Below, piece by piece: positions 18,615 to 27,702 of a stretch of 40,720 nucleotides of DNA. This DNA is from Verrucomicrobiota bacterium. GTDB lineage: Bacteria; Verrucomicrobiota; Verrucomicrobiia; Chthoniobacterales; Terrimicrobiaceae. The notes beneath the pieces were generated by a model that saw only the letters and a list, made by a program, of their open reading frames with translations, did not search any database and had not been told where the DNA came from. Made by a program: the position numbers and the translations under genes. The stretch covers positions 1-40,720 of the forward strand of contig JBAWVC010000001.1 of assembly GCA_037147455.1 (NCBI GenBank), read 5' to 3'. Position 1 is the first letter of the stretch. Every line of letters begins with the position of its first letter.

Positions 18615-19711
18615 CCGAAGAGGCCTTTCTTTTTCACCTGCACGTTGCGGGTCAGGGCCTCGAAGCGGGCACGGTCGCGGGCGTTCGCGATCGCCTGCTC
18701 TTTCGAAATCTGAAGCGAGAGATACAAGCCCGACAAATCCTCGTCGATCGTGTGCATCCCGTCTTTGGCTCCAATTTCGATGAGTCCGACCAGTTGCTCC
18801 CAGCGGCGCTCGCGGATGCAGGCCCGCACGCCCGCGTTGGCCACGAGGGTTTCCGAGGCGAGCACCCGGCCGGATCCATCTTCCTTGGGGATCAGCCTCT
18901 GCGAGATCACTGCCTGGAGGGCGTTGGCCAACTGCGCCACGATCTGCGGCTGCTGGTCTCCGGGGAAGGCATCCACCATCCGGTCGATCGCTTTTGGCGC
19001 ATCGATGGTGTGCAGGGTCGCAATGACGAGATGCCCGGTCTCGGCCGCCGTGATCGCGGCGCTGATCGTTTCCGGGTCCCGCATCTCGCCGACAAGGATG
19101 ACGTCGGGGTCCTGTCGGAGCGTGTGGCGGAGCGCCTCTGCGAACGACTTCGTGTCGGTTCCGATTTCCCGCTGCTTCACCACGCTCCGTGAGTTTTGGA
19201 AGATGTATTCGACCGGATCCTCGACCGTGACGATCACCCCGCTGAGCTGCCGGCTGATGTGCTGGATCATCGAAGCCATCGTGGTGCTCTTTCCGGAGCC
19301 CGTGATTCCCGTCACGAGGACCAGCCCTCGCTGGAGGGCGCAGATTTCAAAGATGCTTTCCCGGTGCCCGAGCTGGCCGAGCTCCGGAATCACGTTCGGA
19401 ATGTAGCGGAACGCGGCTTCCAGGGCGCTGCGGCTGTAGTGGGCATTTCCGCGAAAGCGTCCGACCCCTTCAACCTGCAGGGCGAAATCCAGCTCCCATT
19501 CCTCCTCGAGCCTCGCGCGCTGGGCCTCGGTCAGAATCCCGGTGATCAGCTCGCGGCAGAACTGGACCGTCACCCCCCGGTCTTCGAGTGGAGCCAGACT
19601 CCCATTGATGCGCACCATGGGAGGAGCGTCGGCGCAAAGATGCAGGTCGGATGCCCCGGCCGCCACAGTCCGGGAAAGCAGATCCACCAAATCAAACGGG
19701 TTCGTTTCCAT
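18611..19711 (-). CDS. pilT: type IV pilus retraction ATPase PilT family
   Basis: 366 aa with Walker A GITGSGKST and the PilT N-terminus AGASDLHL...PPMVRINGSL. Its stop overlaps the convergent upstream gene's stop by 4 nt. Confidence 0.9.
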   Translation of the reverse strand: METNPFDLVDLLSRTVAAGASDLHLCADAPPMVRINGSLAPLEDRGVTVQFCRELITGILTEAQRARLEEEWELDFALQVEGVGRFRGNAHYSRSALEAAFRYIPNVIPELGQLGHRESIFEICALQRGLVLVTGITGSGKSTTMASMIQHISRQLSGVIVTVEDPVEYIFQNSRSVVKQREIGTDTKSFAEALRHTLRQDPDVILVGEMRDPETISAAITAAETGHLVIATLHTIDAPKAIDRMVDAFPGDQQPQIVAQLANALQAVISQRLIPKEDGSGRVLASETLVANAGVRACIRERRWEQLVGLIEIGAKDGMHTIDEDLSGLYLSLQISKEQAIANARDRARFEALTRNVQVKKKGLFG

Positions 19712-19714
19712 AGT

Positions 19715-20791
19715 TTATCTCCTGGTTGCCTGCATCGAGGAACTGATCCCGCGCAGGCTGCGGGCAAATTCCTGCGGGTTGTCCGCGTTTTCCATGGCCA
19801 CCGCTTCGGCCACGGTTCCGGCGCGGACGAGTTGCAGCAGCGAATCCGCAAACGACCGGACGCTCCTCGGGTCGCCCCGCGAGACGAAATCCAGCAGCTC
19901 GCTCATTCGCCCCTCCGCGATGAGCCTCCGGGACGATGCCTCGTTGGAAAAATACTCGCAGAGCAGGGCGCGGCCGCCGGAAACCGCCGGCAGAAGCCGC
20001 TGGCAGAGGACGCCGAGAAGTTGCTCGGCAAGTGTCTTCCGGACCGACTCTCTCTCGTCGGCCGGAAAAAGCAGCTCCAGGCGCGCCACGACATCCGCGC
20101 ACCCGGCCGCATGGACGGTCGCAAGAACGAGGTGGCCGGTCTCCGCCGCCTGGATCGCCGTGACCGCCGAGGGCGCGTCCCGGATTTCCCCCAGAAAAAT
20201 AATATCCGGATTCTGCCGCAGCGAGCGCCGGAGACCCTCCGCAAACGACGGGGTGTCGATGCCGACCTCGCGCTGCGTGAAATACGACATCTTTGCCGTG
20301 AAGAGATATTCGACCGGATCTTCGATCGTGACGATGTGGCGCGCCATCGCCCCGTTGATCCAATCCAGCACGGAGGCCAGCGTCGTGGATTTTCCCGATC
20401 CGGTCGGCCCGCAGACAATGACAATTCCCGATGGCCGCTGCGCCCATTCCCGGAGGAGTTCGCACGGAAGCCCGAGCGATTCCATGGAGGGGATCTGGTT
20501 TTGGATGCGGCGGAGCACCGCCCCTCTCACCCCGAGCTGCCGGAGAAGATTGACGCGAAACCGGACGCCTTCCTCCGTGGTCAAGCTCGCGTCGCGGTCC
20601 AGCTCGCTTCCCTCCGCTCCGCACGCGCTCCACAGGTCGGCCAGGTCCTGCTCGCCCGGAAGCTCGGATTCCACCGCCGCGAGCTCGCCGTTGATGCGAA
20701 AAACCGCGCGCTGCCCAGAACGCAGAATGATATCCGAGGCACCGTTCGCCACGGCCGCACGGAAGATATCATCGAGCAATGGAGAGATCAT
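19715..20791 (-). CDS. PilT/PilU-family ATPase paralog
   Basis: 358 aa with Walker A GPTGSGKST and NGASDIILRSGQRAVFRINGEL. Sits 3 nt upstream of pilT. Confidence 0.85.
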   Translation of the reverse strand: MISPLLDDIFRAAVANGASDIILRSGQRAVFRINGELAAVESELPGEQDLADLWSACGAEGSELDRDASLTTEEGVRFRVNLLRQLGVRGAVLRRIQNQIPSMESLGLPCELLREWAQRPSGIVIVCGPTGSGKSTTLASVLDWINGAMARHIVTIEDPVEYLFTAKMSYFTQREVGIDTPSFAEGLRRSLRQNPDIIFLGEIRDAPSAVTAIQAAETGHLVLATVHAAGCADVVARLELLFPADERESVRKTLAEQLLGVLCQRLLPAVSGGRALLCEYFSNEASSRRLIAEGRMSELLDFVSRGDPRSVRSFADSLLQLVRAGTVAEAVAMENADNPQEFARSLRGISSSMQATRR

Positions 20792-21010
20792 GGAGGCTGT
20801 AATCTAAACTGAAGTTCCCAAGGAAAAAAGGCAATTAACCACCAGCCAAGTAGGACCCCAATCATTAAGTTTAATAGTTCCAGACAGCCGTATGGAGCAT
20901 GATCAACCCGCCAACGCGATGAGAGTATCGGAAATGGTGATTTTCACCAAAGCCGTCCGGCGGCAGGAATGCCTTGAATCAGAGGGCTGTGCCTGCGAAT
21001 CCTCACCGCC

Positions 21011-22345
21011 GTGAAACGCATGTCCCAGTCATCCCGGATTCTGACCGGCCTGATCATCGGGCTGACCCTCGGGGTCATCGCGGGGTGGCTTTTCCAGCCG
21101 CCGGGGCCGCTGGCGGCGCATTCGGCGGCTTTGGGATGGTGGATTGACGAGGTCATCCAGCCGCTCGGGCGCGTTTTTTTACGGATCATTTTCATGGTGG
21201 TCATCCCGCTGATCCTGTCGGCGATTGTGATTGGCACGATGGAGATGGGGGATATCCGGACGCTCGGCCGCATCGGCGTGCGTACGCTCGCGATCACCTT
21301 GCTGCTTTCCACCCTGAGCGTGATGATCGCGCTCGGGCTGGTCAACGCGCTCCAGCCTGGAAAGGCGCTCAGCGATGACCGGCGGGACGCCCTTGTGGCC
21401 GCGTATTCCGGAGCATCGCAAAAAAGCATCGAGCGGGGAGAGCACGGCCAGTCGCTCTCGAAGACGCTGCTGAATTTCATTCCGGAAAACCCGCTGGCCG
21501 AGGCGGTCAATTCCTTCAACCCCGATAACACCGGGGGAGGTTTGCTGGCGGTGATGGTATTCAGCTTGTTTGTCGGGATCGCGATGACCGTGGCCCCGAG
21601 GGAGAAGACCGCCGCATTGCGGGGCGTTTTCGAGGGGATGTTCGAGATCTCGATGGTGATCATCGGCTTTGCTCTCAAGCTGGCCCCGCTCGGGGTCGCC
21701 TGCCTGAGCTTCGCGGTGGCCGCCCGGCTCGGGCTCGATCTCTTCCGGACGCTCGGCTACTACACCGCCGTCGTGCTCCTCGGGCTCGCCCTGCACCAGT
21801 TTGTTGTCTATCCGGTGGTGCTGATCCTGCTGGGTCGCCGGTCGCCGGCGGAATTTTTCCGCGGGGCAAAGGAGGCCATTGTGACGGCATTCAGCACCTC
21901 TTCGAGCAATGCGACCCTGCCGGTCTCGCTGCGTGTCGCGGAGGAGCAACTCGGCATCCCGCCACGGATCGCCCGCTTTGTTCTCACCGTCGGTGCCAGC
22001 GCCAACCAGAATGGCACAGCCCTCTACGAGGGGATCACAGTGCTCTTCCTCGCGCAGGTATTCGGGGTCGAGTTGACCTTTGCGCAGCAGATCGTGGTCG
22101 CGCTGATGTGCATCATGGCCGGTATCGGAACCGCGGGCGTGCCGGGCGGTTCGCTGCCGCTGGTGGTGGGCGTCCTTCTCACGATCCGGGTTCCGGCCGA
22201 GGCCATCGCGATCATCCTCGGCATCGACCGGTTTCTCGACATGTGCCGCACCGCGCTGAACGTGACCGGAGATCTGGTGATCGCCGTCGTCGTTTCGCGC
22301 GGGGAAAATGCGGACGAAGCACCCCGGATGGAGGTTTATGTTTGA
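21011..22345 (+). CDS. dicarboxylate/amino acid:cation symporter (DAACS family)
   Basis: 444 aa, polytopic, with the DAACS signature TSSSNATLPV. Start is either GTG 21011 or ATG 21020. Confidence 0.85.
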   Translation: MKRMSQSSRILTGLIIGLTLGVIAGWLFQPPGPLAAHSAALGWWIDEVIQPLGRVFLRIIFMVVIPLILSAIVIGTMEMGDIRTLGRIGVRTLAITLLLSTLSVMIALGLVNALQPGKALSDDRRDALVAAYSGASQKSIERGEHGQSLSKTLLNFIPENPLAEAVNSFNPDNTGGGLLAVMVFSLFVGIAMTVAPREKTAALRGVFEGMFEISMVIIGFALKLAPLGVACLSFAVAARLGLDLFRTLGYYTAVVLLGLALHQFVVYPVVLILLGRRSPAEFFRGAKEAIVTAFSTSSSNATLPVSLRVAEEQLGIPPRIARFVLTVGASANQNGTALYEGITVLFLAQVFGVELTFAQQIVVALMCIMAGIGTAGVPGGSLPLVVGVLLTIRVPAEAIAIILGIDRFLDMCRTALNVTGDLVIAVVVSRGENADEAPRMEVYV

Positions 22346-23618
22346 GATCAGACCACGGGACAAGATGGTGGAGCGCGCGCTGCTGGTCGGCGCGTTTGTC
22401 GATCCCTCCGGGCGGGCGGATGCGGAGGATTTGCTGGAGGAGCTGGAGGAACTCGTCCGCACGCTCGGGATTCCGGTCATCGAAAAAATGGCGGTCCACA
22501 CGCGGGAGACGCACGCGAGGTATTTTATCGGGTCCGGCAAGGCGGAGGAGATCTGCGAGCGGGCGCGCGAGCTCGAGTGCGACGCGCTCATTTTCGACAA
22601 CGAGCTGACTCCCGCGCAGCAGCGGAACTGGGAGGCCTTGGCCAAGGTGCTCGTGATCGACCGGCAGGAGATCATCCTGGATATTTTTGGCGCGCGCGCG
22701 CAGACCCGCGAGGCGCGGATCCAGGTCGATCTCGCCCGCATGGCGTATTCCCTGCCCCGTCTCACCCGCGCCTGGGGCCACCTCGGCAAGCAGGGTGGCG
22801 GGATCGGTTCCAAGGGCGAGGGCGAGAGCCAGCTCGAGCAGGACCGGCGGAAAATCCGCGGACAGATCGACCGCCTCAAGCGGGAGCTGGCGGGTGTCCG
22901 CAGCTCGCGGGCGACCCAGCGCAAGGACCGCAAGCGCGCCCCCGTGCCGAATGCCGCGATCGTCGGCTACACGAACGTCGGCAAGTCGTCGCTCCTGCGC
23001 CGCCTGACCGGCGCCGACGTGCTGGTCGAGGACAAGCTCTTCGCCACGCTCGACACCACGACGCGCAAGATCGCCCTACCCAACAAGCTGCCGCTCCTGC
23101 TCACCGACACGGTCGGTTTCATCCGCAAGCTGCCGCACGGGCTGATCGAGTCGTTCAACGCCACGCTCGAGGAGGCCGCGCTCTCGGACTTTTTGATCCA
23201 CGTCCTCGACGCCTCGCATCCGCGGGTCCTGGAGTTCTACGACACAACAAAGAACGTTCTCGAAGAACTCGGCGCCGACACGAGCCAGGCGCTGGTCGTT
23301 TTTAACAAGATGGATCGCGTGAACGATGAGACCACACGCATCTGCCTGCGCCGGCATTTTCCGGACGCGATCTTCATCTCCGCGCATTCCGGGCAGGGGC
23401 TCGATGAACTCGTCGCCCGGCTCTCAGCGCTCGTCGCCCGCCAGACGCGCTCGGTGGAACTGCTCCTCCCCCTCGAACGCCAGGAACTTCTCGCCCGCCT
23501 TCACCGCGAGGGGACCGTCCACTCGATCGCCTACGAGGAAACCGGCGCCCGCGTCCTCGCCACCGTCCCGCCCCGCCTGCACGATGTCTTGGCGGGTTTC
23601 ATGGTGCCCGGACGATAA
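22338..23618 (+). CDS. hflX: GTPase HflX
   Basis: G motifs GYTNVGKSSLL, DTVGF and NKMD, plus an HflX N-domain. ATG 22338 overlaps the transporter stop. Confidence 0.9.
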   Translation: MFEIRPRDKMVERALLVGAFVDPSGRADAEDLLEELEELVRTLGIPVIEKMAVHTRETHARYFIGSGKAEEICERARELECDALIFDNELTPAQQRNWEALAKVLVIDRQEIILDIFGARAQTREARIQVDLARMAYSLPRLTRAWGHLGKQGGGIGSKGEGESQLEQDRRKIRGQIDRLKRELAGVRSSRATQRKDRKRAPVPNAAIVGYTNVGKSSLLRRLTGADVLVEDKLFATLDTTTRKIALPNKLPLLLTDTVGFIRKLPHGLIESFNATLEEAALSDFLIHVLDASHPRVLEFYDTTKNVLEELGADTSQALVVFNKMDRVNDETTRICLRRHFPDAIFISAHSGQGLDELVARLSALVARQTRSVELLLPLERQELLARLHREGTVHSIAYEETGARVLATVPPRLHDVLAGFMVPGR

Positions 23619-23651
23619 AACCGAATCAGGAACTCACCAAGAACCGGCCTG

Positions 23652-23673
23652 CGATGCTCAGCATCGTTTTTTT
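23652..23673 (+). terminator. intrinsic terminator downstream of hflX
   Basis: Stem CGATGC/GCATCG with loop TCA, followed by a run of 7 T. Confidence 0.7.
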
Positions 23674-23677
23674 GTTC

Positions 23678-23998
23678 ATGAATGACACGCTAACATGCAC
23701 CGCCTCCCGTATGGTCTACCAGGCCGCCTACGCGGCCGCCCTGCTCATGCCGGGCTCCAAGAGCCAGAAAGAGGCTCGCGCCGCCGCCTTCGCGGCCAAA
23801 GCCGAGGCCAACGCCCAAAAGCACGCTCCTGCCGGCATCGCCGTCGCAGTCAATCTCCTCGTCCTCGCCTACCTCGGAACTGTCAAATTCCGCGAGGAAC
23901 GCGTCAAAGACGACCAGACGATCGAGGCCACCATCGACGCCTTACTGCCATTGATCCCAGCCCCGATTGCGGGGTTGAGATCAGCGGCGGTGGAGTAG
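23678..23998 (+). CDS. hypothetical small protein with one hydrophobic segment, possibly 3'-disrupted
   Basis: 106 codons from ATG 23678. Third codon positions are strongly G/C up to about 23940 and clearly less so afterwards. No family recognised. Confidence 0.4.
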   Translation: MNDTLTCTASRMVYQAAYAAALLMPGSKSQKEARAAAFAAKAEANAQKHAPAGIAVAVNLLVLAYLGTVKFREERVKDDQTIEATIDALLPLIPAPIAGLRSAAVE

Positions 23999-24356
23999 CA
24001 GGCAACGCGGTTCAAGAGATTCAGGACCTTCTCGGGGAGGGCGCGGTCCTCCTTCCGATACGTCGCGGGGATCTGAGAACCCAGCCAATCGATCGTATTC
24101 TTCGATATAACCCAAAAGCACACGGCCGTGTCGTCAATATGAAGATGCCCAGGACTGACTACGACGGTTTTCGGCAGCGGAAGATCTGGCAGCGGTTCGT
24201 CTTCGTGAATCGTCACACCGCGATGAATGACTGCGGGCGATCTCTCATCTTCGAATGGGATGCGACGCGGGGGGCATTGGATGATTTCGGTCGCTGGGCA
24301 TGGGAGCATTTTCAGCCGCTGAGGTGTCATGATCAACTGGAAAGATTCGCCAGAGA

Positions 24357-24518
24357 ATGACCAAGAAGCTCTGGGACTACATCAAGAAGAACAAACTTCA
24401 GGACGCGAAGAAGCGGACACAGATCAACGCGGACGACGCCCTCAAGGCGGTCTTCGGCGGCAAGAAGCAAGTCAGCATGTTCGAGATGACGAAGCTCGTC
24501 TCCAAGCACGTCAAATAA
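24357..24518 (+). pseudogene. 5'-truncated SWIB/MDM2-domain gene fragment
   Basis: Not on the ORF track (53 aa). It translates to MTKKLWDYIKKNKLQDAKKRTQINADDALKAVFGGKKQVSMFEMTKLVSKHVK, which matches only the C-terminal two thirds of bacterial SWIB proteins. An in-frame stop lies 27 nt upstream (24330-24332). Confidence 0.6.
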
Positions 24519-24890
24519 TCAGCATTCCCCAAAACAGCCGCGGCAGTTCCGGAAACGGTCTGCCGGGTTTTTCTTATCCAGACCCGCGGGTAAAAAATCA
24601 GGCGCAGACTTTATCCTCGTCGAACGGGGCTTGCGCCGCCCCCAACGCGTCCTGGCGTTGTCGGAGATGTTCCCCATCACCTGATCCGCCACCACATCGC
24701 AGATCCTCCAGAGCGTGAGAACGATCCCCAGCAGCGCCGGGTTCATGTCCATCGCAATATTAAAGACCGGCGTCAGATTCCCCTGCGGAATCCAGATCGC
24801 AGTGCCTTCGACCGGCCCCGAGCCCATAGGCGACCTTCGGCAGAACGTCACCCGGTCCTTCTCAGGAACTTTGGATTTGAAGAATTTCAT
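24519..24890 (-). pseudogene. 3'-truncated GPH-family (MelB/XynP-like) MFS sugar transporter remnant
   Basis: Only about 88 N-terminal codons resemble GPH transporters (LGIVLTLWRICDVVADQVMGNISDNARTRWGRRKP). Similarity stops near 24620-24627 and the frame runs into unrelated sequence. Normal length would be about 450 aa. Confidence 0.6.
24541..24575 (+). terminator. intrinsic terminator downstream of the SWIB fragment
   Basis: CGGCAG..CCG-GAAA-CGG..CTGCCG stem with a GNRA loop, followed by GGTTTTTCTT. Confidence 0.65.
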
Positions 24891-27241
24891 GCGTCAAGGC
24901 TCCAAGAAGAGCAGCCTTGAACTTTTTTCGTCTTCAGCCCCGGAAGTCTGACCTCGGCCGAAACCCCTTCGGGCAGCGAGAGGTTCGCATGAATAATGCG
25001 TCCCTCCCGCTTCCAATCGCTGCGGATATTTCCAAACGGCGTTGGGACGGTGACATCAGCCCTTCCCCCGATGAAGCTTGGCTGAAAAACAATGCTCTTC
25101 CAACCCGCCGTCCTCTGCCTGATCCCACCGATGATCTGCATGAGATGATAAAGCGGATGCGCCGACCATGCGTGAGAAAAGCTCTCGTCACCGACTCGGG
25201 GGGCGAAGTTTTCCCAGGTCGTTCCGTGTTCGGCCATCGGCCCCCACTTCTCCCGGATAAAATCCACGACGTCGGCACCGTGACCTGCCGCCGTCAATAC
25301 TTCGAAGACATAGGTGATCCAGTAGCTCGAAGGCACAATCTCCGGCTGGGTTTGCCTGCGGATGAATGGGAGGATCACTTTGCTCATGCGGCCCGTATCG
25401 AGCTCTGGACAGAAGCCCGCCAGGATCGCCAGGGTTTGAGCGTGGACCGAGGTGGATTTCACAATTTTACGGCTGAAAGTCAGTCCGTCGAACAAGATGC
25501 CATCTTTCCGGACGAGCAGCGCGAGCGATTTGCGAAGCCTCCCGGCCCAGGCGGAGAGCCCGCGGGCTTCGCTCTGCCTGCCTGCTTTTTCGAACATGGA
25601 AGCAAGCTTTTCCAGCGCGATCAGAAGCCACAGGTTGTAAACCGTGGAGTAGCCGTCCTTGAAAAGCCCCGTCCAGTCGAGGAAGAGCCAGAAGCGCTTG
25701 TCGTAGCCGATGAGGCCGGTTTTTTCGTCTGTGATTTCCTCGAAGTATTTCAGCGCCGCGCGGATCGTTTGTTCCTGCTCAAGTAACGGTTCCAGTGAGC
25801 CGGTCTGCCAGTAGTAGTCCCAGAGCGTGATCAGCCAGATCAGTGTGAAATCCGGCAAAATGCAGCTATGCGCGATTGTTGGCGCGTGCCCGTAGGTGAG
25901 ACCATCCGGAGTCGTCTGCGCCGCGATCTGCGCTATGCCGCGGCGGAAGAGCCTCGTGTCGCCCGAAAGGAAGAACGTATTTTTAGCCTGCACCCGGGCA
26001 TCCCCCCACCACTGGGCCTGCTCTCGCCAGGGCGTGTCCACATAGGCATCCAGACTGCAGACACGCTGCGTCCAGGAGCAGGCTTCCCAGATACGATTCA
26101 AAGTGGCATCCGAGCTGCGGAATCCGCCATTTTGAACGAGCGGATAAAGCGTCGAGCGCAGATGCGGACGGATCGTCAATGTCGAGGTGCTGTCCCGAAC
26201 CGTCAGAACCATGTAGCGAAATCCGAAGGTGTGATAAAACGTGTGGGACTGGATTCCCTCCCGGCAGATCAGTCGGTGCCCAAACGCCATCCGGCACGGC
26301 CGGTCAGGAGTAAAGTGCGGAGTGAGCGTCTTTGCCTCGATCGTTTCAACATGAAGTGTGTCCAGAATTTCGCCCCCTCCGGCACCCTGAATTTCGAATC
26401 CCACACTGCCCACAACTGTGCGCCCGAAATCGATCAAGAAACTGCGAAAACGCCCGCGCCCGGTGGACTCGACCAGGATTTCCCCGGCATCCAAATCGCA
26501 GGCCCTGTGGGCGAGCCCTTCGGTGAAGCGCACCCGGGTGATATCTCTGGTTGGCAAATAGCCTTTGCCGCATCGTCCCGCCGCCACCCCGATGAGGCGG
26601 GATGGGACAGACATCTTCTCTTCCAACATGGGGATCCCCCTGGCCTCCAACCTCGACCATGGCATGGAGTTCCACACCGCCGTCGCGATCTCAGCATTCC
26701 AATTGCCGTCATCATAGTCCGTCCCCATCCAACCAGGATCTTCCAAACGCAGATCGATATGTTCCTGACAGAAAAGCTGGACACTCGTTGGCATGGTATC
26801 CCGATGAAGCCCGGTCTGACGGCGGCACTTCCATGTCTTGTCGGAAATGATCCGGGTGCTCCCCCATTTGGCGGAGACAAGCAGTCCGGCATATCCCTGC
26901 GTCAGATACTGAAAATTGCTGAACCCGGGGTTGTATGCGCGAACAGCCAGAACATTGTCCCCCTTTCTGAGGTAGCGATGCACATCGACCTCATCGTAAG
27001 GCCAATGACTTTGAAATCCCCTCGCCGGCCCGCGACAGATATACTCTCCATTAATGTAAAGCTGATAGGACTGATCGGCTGTGATGAAAAGCGGGGCGGT
27101 GGGCGGAATACGCCTTAGCTGAAACTTTTTTCGAAACTGTGCATAGCTGTTGTGAAGATCCCAGTGGTGGCTCTCCGGCCAAATCCATTGAGCGTCTTTT
27201 AGAATGGGAGGAATTTCATCGGAGAGAGATGTTCTCATCAC
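24887..27241 (-). CDS. GH78-like alpha-L-rhamnosidase family glycoside hydrolase
   Basis: 784 aa. Rhamnosidase-N-like start (AQWIWPE...FRKKFQL...LFITADQSYQLYINGEYICRGP) and a six-hairpin-like core (DTPWREQAQWWGDARVQ). No signal peptide seen. Confidence 0.65.
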   Translation of the reverse strand: MMRTSLSDEIPPILKDAQWIWPESHHWDLHNSYAQFRKKFQLRRIPPTAPLFITADQSYQLYINGEYICRGPARGFQSHWPYDEVDVHRYLRKGDNVLAVRAYNPGFSNFQYLTQGYAGLLVSAKWGSTRIISDKTWKCRRQTGLHRDTMPTSVQLFCQEHIDLRLEDPGWMGTDYDDGNWNAEIATAVWNSMPWSRLEARGIPMLEEKMSVPSRLIGVAAGRCGKGYLPTRDITRVRFTEGLAHRACDLDAGEILVESTGRGRFRSFLIDFGRTVVGSVGFEIQGAGGGEILDTLHVETIEAKTLTPHFTPDRPCRMAFGHRLICREGIQSHTFYHTFGFRYMVLTVRDSTSTLTIRPHLRSTLYPLVQNGGFRSSDATLNRIWEACSWTQRVCSLDAYVDTPWREQAQWWGDARVQAKNTFFLSGDTRLFRRGIAQIAAQTTPDGLTYGHAPTIAHSCILPDFTLIWLITLWDYYWQTGSLEPLLEQEQTIRAALKYFEEITDEKTGLIGYDKRFWLFLDWTGLFKDGYSTVYNLWLLIALEKLASMFEKAGRQSEARGLSAWAGRLRKSLALLVRKDGILFDGLTFSRKIVKSTSVHAQTLAILAGFCPELDTGRMSKVILPFIRRQTQPEIVPSSYWITYVFEVLTAAGHGADVVDFIREKWGPMAEHGTTWENFAPRVGDESFSHAWSAHPLYHLMQIIGGIRQRTAGWKSIVFQPSFIGGRADVTVPTPFGNIRSDWKREGRIIHANLSLPEGVSAEVRLPGLKTKKVQGCSSWSLDA

Positions 27242-27377
27242 TGTAATTTCAACCCATCCGCAACAAATATGCTACGAAATTCCGCCCCATTTACCTCCCT
27301 TTCTGATAAAACCCTTTTCGACTTCTGTAGCACGTTCTCGCCCCTCGAAATAGGAATCATGGAGAGCGCGCTACAGC

Positions 27378-27539
27378 TTATTGCTTGCGCCCGTCGTAGT
27401 TCAGCATCGGATCGTAGCCGCGCTCCAGACGGCGCAGGACGAGCACCGCACCGATCACCAGCGCATTTGTCACCAGGTTAGCGAGCCCGAAAACCAACAC
27501 TCCACCCTGCAAGCCATCATAGACGGCCATAAACGTCAT
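27378..27539 (-). CDS. possible 53-aa single-pass membrane protein
   Basis: Not on the ORF track. It translates to MTFMAVYDGLQGGVLVFGLANLVTNALVIGAVLVLRRLERGYDPMLNYDGRKQ. About three quarters of third positions are G/C by hand count. Lies upstream of, and co-oriented with, the GH78 gene. Confidence 0.3.
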   Translation of the reverse strand: MTFMAVYDGLQGGVLVFGLANLVTNALVIGAVLVLRRLERGYDPMLNYDGRKQ

Positions 27540-27702
27540 TCCGAACCGGGAGAAAAGAGTTAGAAGTAGAGCGCCGGCTTTGAGGAAAAGGACCCCGTGA
27601 TCTCAGACGCTTTGTCCCGAATCCACGCTCACTTCGCGCATCCACGGATGCTGGCTCGGAAAATCGATCGGCGGCACACTCGGGCTTCCTGCAGAGGGGA
27701 AG

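Noticed and set aside
20893-21014. 40-codon upstream ORF (MEHDQPANAMRVSEMVIF...) whose stop overlaps the GTG start of the DAACS transporter.
   Set aside because: Third-position G/C is only about 60 percent by hand count, there is no recognisable leader-peptide logic, and the transporter may start at ATG 21020 instead.
21179-22933. Very long antisense ORFs: 584 aa here, also 19196-20812 +, 15906-17216 -, 11397-12659 +, 25868-27118 +, 6690-7745 - and 8053-8949 -.
   Set aside because: Each lies opposite a well-recognised gene and is Arg/Pro/Gly-rich low complexity with no family resemblance. These are typical shadow ORFs of high-GC DNA.
23869-24336. 155-aa minus-strand ORF and the co-phased 221-aa plus-strand ORF (23695-24360) as real genes.
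   Set aside because: The two are antisense in the same codon phase, have similar mediocre third-position bias, and neither matches any family I know. I cannot decide which, if either, is coding, so this is reported as part of the scar finding.
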